NCBI GenBank assembly: GCA_965279515.1
Contig: CBDIID010000003.1
Coordinates: 1,504,001 to 1,568,000 of the forward strand
DNA length: 64,000 bases
Reading direction: 5' to 3'
Origin: Turneriella sp.
GTDB lineage: Bacteria > Spirochaetota > Leptospiria > Turneriellales > Turneriellaceae
In this document: positions 26,757 through 36,232 of the stretch, piece after piece
Layout: each line of letters starts with the position of its first letter
How positions within the stretch are numbered: position 1 is the first letter of the stretch
The notes under the pieces: generated by a model
The model's input: only the letters and a program-made list of their open reading frames with translations
The model's database searches: none
What the model was told of the DNA's origin: nothing
Made by a program: the position numbers and the translations under genes

Positions 26757-28288
26757 CACTGAACGGCGCCGACACCGTTCTGCTCATCCATACCGCGCCC
26801 GACTACGGCTCTGCGCTTTCCGGTGCAGATGGCGAAGTGCTGCTCAAGGCATTTTGCGGTAAGCTTGCATCGCTGGGCCTGCCGATTCAATCTTGCGTGG
26901 GCGACCAGGCGCTGCGTGAAAAACTCACGGCACAGCTTTCCGCGGCAAAGGTACTCGAAGCACTGAGCGAAATTTCGGCCATTAAAAAGATCTTCGGCGA
27001 TGCGAAGATCGCACATATCGCCGTGATCAACGGCGTTTATCCGCTCTGCGATCTTGCCCTGACGGAAAAAATCTTCGGCATACACAGAGAATACCGCGCG
27101 GATATCAGCTATGGCGAAAACCTGCCGCCGGGCATCGCCCCGTATTTTGTCAGCCGCGACCTGCTCGAATCGCTCGAAATCATGGAGGCAAAAGATGCCG
27201 ACCTCGAAGGCGCCGGCGTGCGCGGCTTTGTCGAAAAGAACATCAACCAGTTCCACGCCGAGGTGCATTATGAAGAACCCGACCTGCGGCTGATGCGGTT
27301 GGATTTCTCCCTGTCATCCCGGCGCTCGCTCGTGAAGACAGCCGGATTCTTTGCCAAAATCAAAAATATCCATCAACCCTATGCAGAATTGCAGGCGCTG
27401 ATCCAGGCCGCACCGGAAGTTTTACATACGTTCCCTTCTTATATTGAACTCGAGTTTGTATCAACCGCGGAACACACAAGTTATTTCTCGCCGCTGGGCT
27501 ATATCAAACAAGAAAAACACCTGCTCTCACGCGAAAACTTTGATCGTGTAAAAACCTATATTGCGACTGGCCTCGGCGACACCTCGGTCTGCGCTTCGGG
27601 GTTAGGTGAACCGCTAGAGCACGAAGATGCAGCGTCATACCTAAGCGAACTTTTAGACGATGCCAATATCCGTTATGTGTTCGTCGAAACGAATGGTATT
27701 CATCTCGATAAGATCCTGTCCCTGGCAACGCATGCCTCTGCAGGCAAGTTGCGCGTCGTTGTACTTTTAAACTCGCTCGAAAAATATGCAGAATACTCAG
27801 GCGCACCGGCGGCGATGCTCGATAAAGTGAAGGCTAATATGCGCGCCTTGACAGCGGCACTGGCGGCGCAGGGAAAAAATCCGCAGGAAATCGTCTACCT
27901 GCAGACGCTGAAAGTCGAAGAGAACGAGGCTGAAATCGACAGCCTGTACGCGCTGGCTGAAGAGCTGGGCGCAAGCTTCCTGTTCCAGAAATATAACCGC
28001 TATGCAGGCCTCATGCCCGAACGGCGCGTATCGGATATGACACCGCTCGAACGTTATGCCTGCTGGCATTTGCGGCGTGATCTCTTTATCAGGGCGAACG
28101 GTGATGTCGCCTTCTGCAAGCAAACTGTCGATCAGTCAAAAAATGCGGCGCGCGGTAACCTGGCAAAGACTGCACTTTCGGAAATCTGGGCGCAGCAGCG
28201 CGCCGACTTCGTGGCAAACTTCCAGGAAAAATATCCATCCCACCTGCCATGCGCAAGCTGCGACGAATATTTTACGTTTAATTTTTGA
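26753..28288 (+). CDS. spiro-SPASM protein
   Basis: Cytidylyltransferase-like N-terminus, radical-SAM-like core (GLGEP, VETNG) lacking CxxxCxxC, and SPASM CWHLRRD...FCKQ...CASCDEY. Confidence 0.85.
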   Translation: MTLNGADTVLLIHTAPDYGSALSGADGEVLLKAFCGKLASLGLPIQSCVGDQALREKLTAQLSAAKVLEALSEISAIKKIFGDAKIAHIAVINGVYPLCDLALTEKIFGIHREYRADISYGENLPPGIAPYFVSRDLLESLEIMEAKDADLEGAGVRGFVEKNINQFHAEVHYEEPDLRLMRLDFSLSSRRSLVKTAGFFAKIKNIHQPYAELQALIQAAPEVLHTFPSYIELEFVSTAEHTSYFSPLGYIKQEKHLLSRENFDRVKTYIATGLGDTSVCASGLGEPLEHEDAASYLSELLDDANIRYVFVETNGIHLDKILSLATHASAGKLRVVVLLNSLEKYAEYSGAPAAMLDKVKANMRALTAALAAQGKNPQEIVYLQTLKVEENEAEIDSLYALAEELGASFLFQKYNRYAGLMPERRVSDMTPLERYACWHLRRDLFIRANGDVAFCKQTVDQSKNAARGNLAKTALSEIWAQQRADFVANFQEKYPSHLPCASCDEYFTFNF

Positions 28289-28955
28289 GATCACGCGCTA
28301 ACGCGACCAGGTCTGCACTTTCGAGCAGTTTTTTCGCAGCGCCCTGCCGCGCAACCTGTACCATTACCTTACCTAACGCACGGGTCGTGATGACACTTTT
28401 CGGAGCGAATAACCTGATGAGGGGCATGAAAGGTTTAAATGCAATATAGAGCCAGCGGTAGAGCCGCGTGCGCGATTTGATGCCGTCTTTCGGCTGAATG
28501 AATGCCGGGCGAATCACATAGGCATTCCTGAATTTCATTTTGAAAATTTCGTTCTCCGTTTTGCCTTTGATGCGCGCCCACATCACCCTGCCCTTTTCGC
28601 TGCTATCTGCGCCCATACCCGAAATAAATACGAAGGTGATTTTAGGATTTACCTTGAGCAGCGTCTTCGCCGCCGCGAGCGTGAAGTCGCAGGTCACACG
28701 TTTATATTCAGCTTCCGTTAATCCCGCCGATGCGACGCCGAGACAATAAAAGCAGACATCCAAACCTTTGAGATCTTTTGCAATCGGTGTAAAGTTGAGA
28801 AAATCGGAATGTACAACATTACGGAATTTCGGATTCACTAAGTGCAACGGGCTGCGGCCGACGGCGACGACGGATTCGACGTCCCCATCCATAATACATT
28901 CGCGCAGCACGCTTTGCCCGACCATGCCGGTGGCGCCAAATACAACCGCTTTCAT
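28278..28955 (-). CDS. NAD-dependent epimerase / NAD(P)-binding protein
   Basis: FGATGMVG, CFYCLGV, MWARIKGKTEN; ATGA coupling. Confidence 0.85.
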   Translation of the reverse strand: MKAVVFGATGMVGQSVLRECIMDGDVESVVAVGRSPLHLVNPKFRNVVHSDFLNFTPIAKDLKGLDVCFYCLGVASAGLTEAEYKRVTCDFTLAAAKTLLKVNPKITFVFISGMGADSSEKGRVMWARIKGKTENEIFKMKFRNAYVIRPAFIQPKDGIKSRTRLYRWLYIAFKPFMPLIRLFAPKSVITTRALGKVMVQVARQGAAKKLLESADLVALARDLKN

Positions 28956-30109
28956 GGCCCTACCTGCCCCGAAACAATGGGGTGCTGTTCTGCGGTCTGC
29001 CATTCGACCTGCGGCCACCAACGGGTCAGCTTAGTAAGACCTGGTTCGAAACTTTCACCGGGCCGCGGTGTCGCAATACTGACACCCAGTTTTTCGGCTT
29101 CTTTCGTTGCACGTTCGACGGGTTCTGTCCAGCCATGCATGGCGAGAACAAAGAGTCCCCAGTGGATCGGCAACAATGTACGCCCCTTAACCCAGGTATG
29201 CGCCTTCACGGCCTGCTCGGGGCCAATATGCCAGTCGGGCCACGTGCGGTGGTATTGCCCCACCTCGATCATCGTCAGGTCGAAGGGACCAAGCTTCGCG
29301 CCAATCTCTTTCATCGCCGGGAATAATCCCGTATCGCCTGAAAAGTAGACGCGCTTTTTTTCGCCGATGAGTGCATAACCGGCCCAGAGTTTTTTATTGT
29401 TATCGATGAGGTAGCGGCCCGAGGCGTGGCGTGCCGGCGTCATGACGATGCGCAGATTTTTACCGGCCTGCGTAAGAATTTTTTCCTGCCACCAGTCGAG
29501 TTCGACGATACGACTTTCGGGAATGCCCCAATACGCCAGGTGAGCACCAACGCCGATGGGCACGATAAAAACGGGCTTTCTTTTTTCGTCGAGCGCAACG
29601 ACGGATTTCATATCGAGATGGTCGTAGTGGTCGTGCGAGATCACAACAACATCAATCGCCGGCAAGTTATCCAGGGCCAGCGGTGGCGGATACCAGCGCT
29701 TCGGCCCCATAAAACTGAAAGGGGAAGTACGCTCGCCGAACGCGGGATCGGTCAGCACACGAAAACCTTCGATTTCGACCATCGTTGCGGAATGCCCGAA
29801 CCATGTGACGCGCAGGCCGGAAGCGGGGACAATCTGAAAGCTTGCGGGGTCAGGCCTCACGACGGCAATGTCGCCCTTCGGTGCGGCAAATTTACTCGCG
29901 CTGAACATGGCTGCGATTGCGCCGAGCATATCATTCTTCAGCGGCTCAGGATTTTCAAAATGACCGTTCTGCCATTCGGGAGATTTTTGCATTTTTTCAC
30001 GGCGGGCAGTGTCGCCCTGCGAACCGAAGGATTTCCAACCGAGGATAACCATGCCGGCAAAAATAACAAGCAGGGAGGCGCCGAAGTATTTAAAGATGCG
30101 TTTAACCAA
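28952..30109 (-). CDS. MBL-fold metallohydrolase (NAPE-PLD/RomA-like)
   Basis: TWFGHS, LTDP, SHDHYDHLD, PARH, FSGDTG, PIHWG. Confidence 0.9.
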   Translation of the reverse strand: MVKRIFKYFGASLLVIFAGMVILGWKSFGSQGDTARREKMQKSPEWQNGHFENPEPLKNDMLGAIAAMFSASKFAAPKGDIAVVRPDPASFQIVPASGLRVTWFGHSATMVEIEGFRVLTDPAFGERTSPFSFMGPKRWYPPPLALDNLPAIDVVVISHDHYDHLDMKSVVALDEKRKPVFIVPIGVGAHLAYWGIPESRIVELDWWQEKILTQAGKNLRIVMTPARHASGRYLIDNNKKLWAGYALIGEKKRVYFSGDTGLFPAMKEIGAKLGPFDLTMIEVGQYHRTWPDWHIGPEQAVKAHTWVKGRTLLPIHWGLFVLAMHGWTEPVERATKEAEKLGVSIATPRPGESFEPGLTKLTRWWPQVEWQTAEQHPIVSGQVGP

Positions 30110-30560
30110 ACTTTTTCATCTCCCTTTCCGTTTCGCGGCGGATATCTTTCTCGCGTATCGTCGTACGTTTATCATGCGACTTCTTGCCCTTACCGAGACC
30201 AATCAGTAATTTCACAAAGCGGCCTTTAAAGTACATCTTGAGCGGCAGCAACGCATAACCACGCTCGTGCATTTTACCGCGCAGACGATCGATTTCTTTG
30301 TGCTTGAGCAAGAGGTTGCGCGGCCGCAGTGGGTCGTGATTCATGATATTGCCCTTTTCATAGGGCTCGATGCGGCAGTTGATGAGCTGTACGGAATTAT
30401 CGCGGATCAGCACATAACCGTCAGAGATATTCACCTTCTTCTGGCGCAGCGACTTAACCTCGGTACCTGTGAGCGCAATGCCGGCCTCAAAATCTTCGAC
30501 GATTTCGTAGTTAAAACGAGCCTTACGGTTGACCGCGATCTCCACATGAGGCTCATGCAT
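30102..30560 (-). CDS. smpB: SsrA-binding protein
   Basis: NRKARFNY, EAGIALTGTEVKSLR, GKGKKSHDKR; start ATG 30560. Confidence 0.96.
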   Translation of the reverse strand: MHEPHVEIAVNRKARFNYEIVEDFEAGIALTGTEVKSLRQKKVNISDGYVLIRDNSVQLINCRIEPYEKGNIMNHDPLRPRNLLLKHKEIDRLRGKMHERGYALLPLKMYFKGRFVKLLIGLGKGKKSHDKRTTIREKDIRRETEREMKKFG

Positions 30561-30608
30561 GATTTCGAGACAGTGCGCAAAGTGATTCGGCGCGATGCGA
30601 CGATTCGC

Positions 30609-30701
30609 TGCGAAAGCCGGATGCTTTCGCATTTCGCGGAGCGAAACCCGGCGCGAATAGCTTGCCGTAGCCCGGATTGCGAAGGCAAGCGTAAGTTCGC
30701 G
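30609..30701 (+). repeat. Cluster of GGA-loop hairpins upstream of smpB
   Basis: TGCGAAAGC-CGGAT-GCTTTCGCA; TTTCGC-GGA-GCGAAA; CGCGAA..GCTTGCC-(GTAGCCCGGATTGCGAA)-GGCAAGC..TTCGCG. Confidence 0.65.
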
Positions 30702-30909
30702 CGGCCAATGCATATGGGATTGATATTGTGCTGGACGCCCTGTTGGCACCGCGCCAAATCCGGCCGAAGCTTGAATTGGGAATGAATACGATCATTAGTT
30801 GTCTTTAAGCAAAGTTTAACTACTTTCCACTCATTTTAGATCAGGTTCAAATTAATGCCGGGCGGTTTGCCTTCGGGAATAGCGCGCCGGTAAGTTTAGA
30901 GAGGAAAAT

Positions 30910-31269
30910 ATGAATATCTTTGTAGGAAATTTAGCGTACGCAGTGACGGAACAGGATCTGCTGACAGCTTTCGGGGAATTTGGCACAGTCACTTCCGCGA
31001 AAATCATTATGGACCGCGAAACCGGTCGCGCACGCGGCTTCGGCTTTGTGGAAATGGCTGAGAAGTCAGAAGGCATCAAGGCAATCGCAGGCCTCAACGG
31101 CAAAGCGATCAAAGAACGCGAAATCGTAGTCAACGAATCGCGCCCGCGTGAAGAACGTGGCGGCGGCGGCGGTGGCGGCGGCCGCGGTGGTTATGGCGGC
31201 GGCGGTGGTAACCGCGGCGGCGGCGGCGGTGGCCGTGGTGGCAATCGCGGCGGCAACGACCGCTGGTAA
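30910..31269 (+). CDS. RRM RNA-binding protein with Gly/Arg-rich tail
   Basis: RNP2 IFVGNL, RNP1 RGFGFVEM; GGC-rich tail. Confidence 0.95.
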   Translation: MNIFVGNLAYAVTEQDLLTAFGEFGTVTSAKIIMDRETGRARGFGFVEMAEKSEGIKAIAGLNGKAIKEREIVVNESRPREERGGGGGGGGRGGYGGGGGNRGGGGGGRGGNRGGNDRW

Positions 31270-31282
31270 GCTAACCTTGTAT

Positions 31283-31328
31283 ACCCGGCCCGGTTACATA
31301 CCGCGGCCGGGTTTATTTTTTTATTTTT
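31283..31328 (+). terminator. Intrinsic terminator
   Basis: ACCCGGCC...GGCCGGGT followed by a T-rich run. Confidence 0.75.
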
Positions 31329-31359
31329 CCGTGTAATTTAATCTCCGCAAGCGCCTCAT

Positions 31360-31704
31360 GTGCTTCCCCGCGGAAAAACAATCCTTCGCATCAAAATTCT
31401 GGCAATAGCAATAACGCTGGCCGTTCTGGGCATAGCCTGCACCTCCCGCAAAAAACACGACAGCCAGGCTGAATACGTCTGCAAAGACGGGCAGAAAATC
31501 AAAGCGTTCTTTCACGCCAACGGCAAAGACCAGGTTTTGCTGAAGCTCGGCGACGGCCGATCGCTGACCCTGCCCCACGCCACGCATGCTTCGGGTTTGC
31601 GTTACGCGACACGCGACGAGAAGATCATCTTATGGATGCAGAGGGACGCGCTGTTTTTCGAAGAAGACGGCGAAGTTCTCTTCGCCGATTGTGTTCCCGC
31701 TTAA
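31360..31704 (+). CDS. MliC/PliC-like lipoprotein
   Basis: Lipobox LGIAC; YVC, L....ASGLRY, LW, terminal C; start uncertain. Confidence 0.75.
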   Translation: MLPRGKTILRIKILAIAITLAVLGIACTSRKKHDSQAEYVCKDGQKIKAFFHANGKDQVLLKLGDGRSLTLPHATHASGLRYATRDEKIILWMQRDALFFEEDGEVLFADCVPA

Positions 31705-31937
31705 TTTTTCCCTGAAGCCCTGCGGCGCATAATACTCGCCTCAGCCTTCCTGATTTTTTTCAGATAAGCTCCGACGGCGGCACGCACCAGCACCGCGGCC
31801 TTCATGTTCCTGTCTTTGGTCAATCTGTCAATTTCGCGCCACCACGCTTGGGGCAAACCCACGGAACGGCGTTCGAGCACTCCCTCGGGATCGATGCGTG
31901 GCTGGCCGGGCCCGCGGGCTATGATTCTTTTTCGCAT
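31701..31937 (-). CDS. Ribbon-helix-helix (CopG-like) protein
   Basis: RRSVGLP..WW.EIDRL......AAVLVRAAVGAYL. Confidence 0.65.
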   Translation of the reverse strand: MRKRIIARGPGQPRIDPEGVLERRSVGLPQAWWREIDRLTKDRNMKAAVLVRAAVGAYLKKIRKAEASIMRRRASGKN

Positions 31938-31963
31938 AATATAATAACCGGTTATTATATTAT
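31936..31963. promoter_or_regulatory. Perfect 28-bp palindrome, putative operator
   Basis: ATAATATAATAACC-GGTTATTATATTAT abutting the RHH start codon. Confidence 0.75.
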
Positions 31964-32016
31964 CAGGTCAAGAAATATTAGGATTGACCCTGCGAAGTGC
32001 CCGGCGCCGGTGCGGC

Positions 32017-32421
32017 ATGGTACAAAACATACTTTGGTCAATTTTCGCGCTCATCAGCTCCGCTGTGATCTATACAAACTGGAGCAGTGCGCTCTGGGAT
32101 ATCCGCGGCACGCACTCGTACGGCAAGTTCGCGTTTGGGTTCGCTTTCGTGGCATTCACTGCCTACAGTTTCTACTGCAGCCGGCGCGAAAATCTCATCA
32201 AAACCGCGCGCAAGATCGGCGAATTCCACTGGGGACGGCAGATCGGCATCGATCTCTACATCGGTTTCTTTCTGTTCTGCGGATTTATTGCCTTACACCA
32301 GGGCGGCATACAAATGCTGCTTTGGGCCGTGCCCGTGCTCATCTACGGCAACCAGCTGACGCTGCTCTATCTCGCCGTTCACTACGAATCCATAATCAAA
32401 AAGTTTGCAGCCTTTGCCTAA
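32017..32421 (+). CDS. Small membrane protein
   Basis: 4 TM helices; WGRQIGIDLYIG...GN...LLYL (DUF1475-like). Confidence 0.65.
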   Translation: MVQNILWSIFALISSAVIYTNWSSALWDIRGTHSYGKFAFGFAFVAFTAYSFYCSRRENLIKTARKIGEFHWGRQIGIDLYIGFFLFCGFIALHQGGIQMLLWAVPVLIYGNQLTLLYLAVHYESIIKKFAAFA

Positions 32422-33005
32422 CGCTGTTTATCCTCACGCGCTTCTTTCCAGCGGTGGTTGCATTTCAAGCAAACCCAGCGCCCAGCCTTGAAGGGAAAAA
32501 ATGGCGCGCCCAGGAAGAGAATGAGCGCGCTGACGGGATGGTACTTCTGGTAACTTAAAAGATCCGAACCACATTTCGGGCACAGGCGCTGGGTCCAGTC
32601 TGCACTCCCGGGGTTGGTGATTTGCCGGTGTTCATCCAACAGGCGCCGCGCCGCATCTGCCTCGCGCTCGTGCACGAATAGTTTTACGCCGCCCACGACA
32701 TACGAGTAATTAAAGCGGGTAGCTCCCAATATCTCGTCGCGCAGCTCGGCGTAGATATCGTTATCGATCAGCAACCCGCGCACGATATTGGCCTCCACAT
32801 CGGAGCCAAAAGATTCCAAAAGAACCGTATTGCCGTCGCGGTAATAGCCTTTCTCGATCTTCCTGCGAATCTCATAGGGCAGCTCATCTGTCCCGGCCTG
32901 CTGCGGCTCTTTGCGCCCCTGCGAACCGCGGATTTTCTTGCCGACCAACACCAACAGCGGCACGAGAATAACGAATAAAAAGATTTCCTGCGAAGTAAAA
33001 TGCAT
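32418..33005 (-). CDS. DUF2007-like protein with Zn ribbon
   Basis: EANIVRGLL...I...DE...GGVKLFV; CPKC...CLKC. Confidence 0.7.
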   Translation of the reverse strand: MHFTSQEIFLFVILVPLLVLVGKKIRGSQGRKEPQQAGTDELPYEIRRKIEKGYYRDGNTVLLESFGSDVEANIVRGLLIDNDIYAELRDEILGATRFNYSYVVGGVKLFVHEREADAARRLLDEHRQITNPGSADWTQRLCPKCGSDLLSYQKYHPVSALILFLGAPFFPFKAGRWVCLKCNHRWKEAREDKQR

Positions 33006-33051
33006 ACTAATAAAATCTTGACACTTTGTTCACTATAACCCAGCGGCAGCT

Positions 33052-34293
33052 ATGTCTAACTCTGCCTTAGCCCATGCCCGAAAGTACCCGAGTCGTTTCC
33101 GCGATCCTTCTGAAAATAAGGATTTCTTTCTCAAGTTGGCGAACACCCTTTTTATCCGCCGCAAACTGACCCCCGAAGAGATTGCGCGTTACGGCGATTT
33201 TCTCTGGGTGGGCGATCCGCTCGCAGACAAGCTCGCGGTAAAATTCCATGAGCTCGGTATGCAGAAAGCGATGCCGATGCTTTCCGCCGCGCTCGAAGGA
33301 AAAATCGCCAAGGATGCGCCGCAAGAACTCCGCGATCTGATGAGCGCAGTAGAAACCGAGCCCACCTGGCTCGATAAACGCCTGCTGGATATCGGCGCGC
33401 GTTTTTCGCAGCGCTCGGGCATGCTGGGTGAATACGTGCTGTCGTGCGTGAGCCTCATGGGCGGTTACCGCTCCGCCGCGGCGAATAAGCCAATCGCCTT
33501 CACAGGCCAACTCGAATATATGGCGCCGCGCCGTCTTGCCGAGACGGCAAAATTCGGTTTCGACGTTTCGCGCACCGGAGCGATGGCGAAGGGCGCACAG
33601 GGGTTTAAGTCGGCGGTCAAGGTGCGCATGATGCATGCGCATGTGCGCCTGATGCTCGATCATTCGCCGAAATGGAAACACGACGTCTGGGGATTACCCA
33701 TCAACCAGGCCGATCTCGTTGCCACGAATACACTTTTTTCCGCGGTGTACCTGAGCGGCTTACGCGTGCTCGGTATGCAGGTTTCTGATGAGGAGTCACT
33801 CGGCGTCACACACCTGTGGCGTTATATCGGTTATCTCATGGGCGTCGACGAAGCGCTCTTGCCCACGAACGAAGAAGAAGGCACGCGCATGGCCTGGCTT
33901 TCGGGTGTGACGCAGCCGCCCGCCGACGAAGACTCGCGCCTATTAGGGCAAGCACTCATGAACGTGCCGCTCGCACGCGCAGAGACGCCGCTTGAAAAAC
34001 TGGCGGCGCATCTCGAAGTGCAGGTGCGTAGTGGCCTCACGCGGATTATCCTCGGCGACAACGCCGGCGACGATCTCGGCCTGCCAAATACACCATTGAA
34101 ATATGGTATTGCACTGACGACGCCACTGATCTTCGGTATGGAGACCATCCGCCGCCTCGTGCCGGGCCTCACGAATATTGCAGTACTGATCGGCGACAAA
34201 TGGCAACGCGGCCTCGTCGAAAAACCGCTCGCGGGAAAGCCGGCAACGTTCATTCCCCCGGAAAACCTGAAGCGCGAATCGGCATACGCGTAG
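33052..34293 (+). CDS. MpaB/DUF2236 (ER-bound oxygenase-like) protein
   Basis: GDPLAD, RRLAET, VRMMHAHVR, WGLPINQADL, HLWRYIGYLMGV. Confidence 0.88.
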   Translation: MSNSALAHARKYPSRFRDPSENKDFFLKLANTLFIRRKLTPEEIARYGDFLWVGDPLADKLAVKFHELGMQKAMPMLSAALEGKIAKDAPQELRDLMSAVETEPTWLDKRLLDIGARFSQRSGMLGEYVLSCVSLMGGYRSAAANKPIAFTGQLEYMAPRRLAETAKFGFDVSRTGAMAKGAQGFKSAVKVRMMHAHVRLMLDHSPKWKHDVWGLPINQADLVATNTLFSAVYLSGLRVLGMQVSDEESLGVTHLWRYIGYLMGVDEALLPTNEEEGTRMAWLSGVTQPPADEDSRLLGQALMNVPLARAETPLEKLAAHLEVQVRSGLTRIILGDNAGDDLGLPNTPLKYGIALTTPLIFGMETIRRLVPGLTNIAVLIGDKWQRGLVEKPLAGKPATFIPPENLKRESAYA

Positions 34294-34358
34294 AAATACC
34301 CGCATTTCGGCGTAGCGAACCGACTTGATTTTTGGCCGCGCGATGCTATGATCGCGGC

Positions 34359-35864
34359 ATGGATACCGATCGGCTACGCAGGAAAAAAATCATTATCATT
34401 GGAGGCGGCGTGGCGGGCCTCTCTACCGGCATTTATGGCCAGCTCAATGGATTCGACACGCATATCCTGGAGATGCATGCATTACCAGGGGGGCAGTGCA
34501 CAGCATGGGGCAGCGAAGGATATCGTTTTGATTATTGTCTCCATTGGCTCGTCGGTACGCGCCGCGGAACTTTTCATAACATCTGGAAAGAGACGGGGGT
34601 CTTAACCGACAAAGTACAGATTGCCGATCATGACATCCATACTCTCATCGAAGATGAAACGCAAGGTAAATTCTACATCTTTGCGAACATTGACCGCTGG
34701 CAGGAATATTTGCTCCGGCTTGCCCCCGAAGACCGCAAAGGAATCAGTAAAATGTGCGGCCATATGAAAAAGGGCATCCGTCTGGATCAATTTGAAAACG
34801 CCCCCGGCTGCCGGTCGCTCACAGATTACCTGAAAGCCGTTTTCTCCATGGGGGGCACCTTATTGCTGATGATGCGCTATGGCAAGATGTCGGCAAAAGA
34901 ATATATCGAATCGCTCGGTTTTAAAAGCCTGAAGCTGCGCTATTTTCTCATGAAAATGTTCGGTGAAGCGGATTTTTCCGCGCTGGCCATCATACTCATG
35001 CTCGGCTGGTTTCACGATAAGAATGCAGGATACCTGGTCGGCGGCTCTTTACCCATCGCCATGCGCATGGCACACCGCTACAAAGAGCTGGGCGGAGTTC
35101 TTTCGCTGCAAAAAAAAGTGGAAAAAATACTGGTCGAAAACGGACAAGCCGTCGGCGTTCGTATGAAAGACGGCACGGAGGAAAGAGCGGATTTCGTGAT
35201 CAGTGCGGCTGACGGCCATTTCACCCTCTATGAGATGCTTGAAGGCAAATATCTGACACCCGCATTTAAAGAAGCGTACGGCAGCTGGAAATTATTTTCG
35301 CCGTTTGTGCAGGTTTCATTCGGCATTCAAGGTACGGTACCATCGGAAAATGTCGTCGTCATGTACGTGGGCAAACAGTTTCGCATCGGAAATTTCGACG
35401 TCAAAGACGGCTATTATATCATGAACCAAACCGCGCACGATCCGACGCTCGCACCCGAGGGGAAATCGAGCGTGATTTTGCGCTTCAACAGCGCCTGGGA
35501 TGAGTGGCAGAATATACCGACCGAGCGGTATAAACAAGAGAAGGAAAGGATCCGGGAGGACGCTGTGCTGCTGCTGGAGAAACATTATCCCGGCATCAAA
35601 GCCAAAATAGAGGTGACCGATGTCAGCACCCCACTCACCGAAGAAAGATACACCGGCGTCTGGCGCGGTGCCTACGAGGGATTCATGCCCACAGGGAATA
35701 TCATGACAAAATCGTTGCCGCATTCCCTGCCGGGTCTCAGCAATTTTCATATGGTCGGCCAATGGCTTTTCCCCGGCGGAGGACTGCCCCCCGCTGCGCA
35801 GTCAGGCAAATGGATCATCCAAACGCTTTGTAAAAAAGACCGCCGAACCTTCAAAACGGCTTAA
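34359..35864 (+). CDS. Phytoene-dehydrogenase-like FAD oxidoreductase
   Basis: IIGGGVAGL, PGGQCTAW, TPLT.ERYTG, GQW..PGGGLP. Confidence 0.85.
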   Translation: MDTDRLRRKKIIIIGGGVAGLSTGIYGQLNGFDTHILEMHALPGGQCTAWGSEGYRFDYCLHWLVGTRRGTFHNIWKETGVLTDKVQIADHDIHTLIEDETQGKFYIFANIDRWQEYLLRLAPEDRKGISKMCGHMKKGIRLDQFENAPGCRSLTDYLKAVFSMGGTLLLMMRYGKMSAKEYIESLGFKSLKLRYFLMKMFGEADFSALAIILMLGWFHDKNAGYLVGGSLPIAMRMAHRYKELGGVLSLQKKVEKILVENGQAVGVRMKDGTEERADFVISAADGHFTLYEMLEGKYLTPAFKEAYGSWKLFSPFVQVSFGIQGTVPSENVVVMYVGKQFRIGNFDVKDGYYIMNQTAHDPTLAPEGKSSVILRFNSAWDEWQNIPTERYKQEKERIREDAVLLLEKHYPGIKAKIEVTDVSTPLTEERYTGVWRGAYEGFMPTGNIMTKSLPHSLPGLSNFHMVGQWLFPGGGLPPAAQSGKWIIQTLCKKDRRTFKTA

Positions 35865-35884
35865 ACTGGTCGCAAGGAGATAAT

Positions 35885-36088
35885 ATGGAAGAACCGACAC
35901 AAAAACGCAAAAGGAACTTCAGGCCCCACGATCCGGGAAACGCCGTCTACGGCTTTGGACTTATCGGAGCAGCAGTCTATTTTGTATCCCAGGCGAGCGG
36001 TTTTTGGATGTCCGTTCTGGCGATACTTAAGGCGATTGTATGGCCGGCCTTTCTGGTTTACGAACTTTTTCAATTTCTGCGGCCCTGA
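35885..36088 (+). CDS. Small membrane protein
   Basis: AAGGAG RBS; AVYGFGLIGAAVYF...ILKAIVWPAFLVY. Confidence 0.75.
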   Translation: MEEPTQKRKRNFRPHDPGNAVYGFGLIGAAVYFVSQASGFWMSVLAILKAIVWPAFLVYELFQFLRP

Positions 36089-36232
36089 AAAAAGCGCGGC
36101 GCGGCAAGTTTATGCACGCTTGAGTAAGTCTCCCTGGCCGCTGCCAGGTCGAATATCACATGGCGCTCTCGTTATTCGGTTGCGGCCGCGTCTGCCGCGG
36201 GATATCCGGCTTTCCCTTTAAGCGGGAATTCC

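Noticed and set aside
30561..30749. N-terminal extension of SmpB, or a tmRNA next to smpB
   Set aside because: The extension is translated hairpin DNA; no tmRNA acceptor/T-arm ends or tag peptide were found.
31158..31260. GGC/GGT trinucleotide run
   Set aside because: Explained by the Gly-rich tail typical of bacterial RRM proteins.
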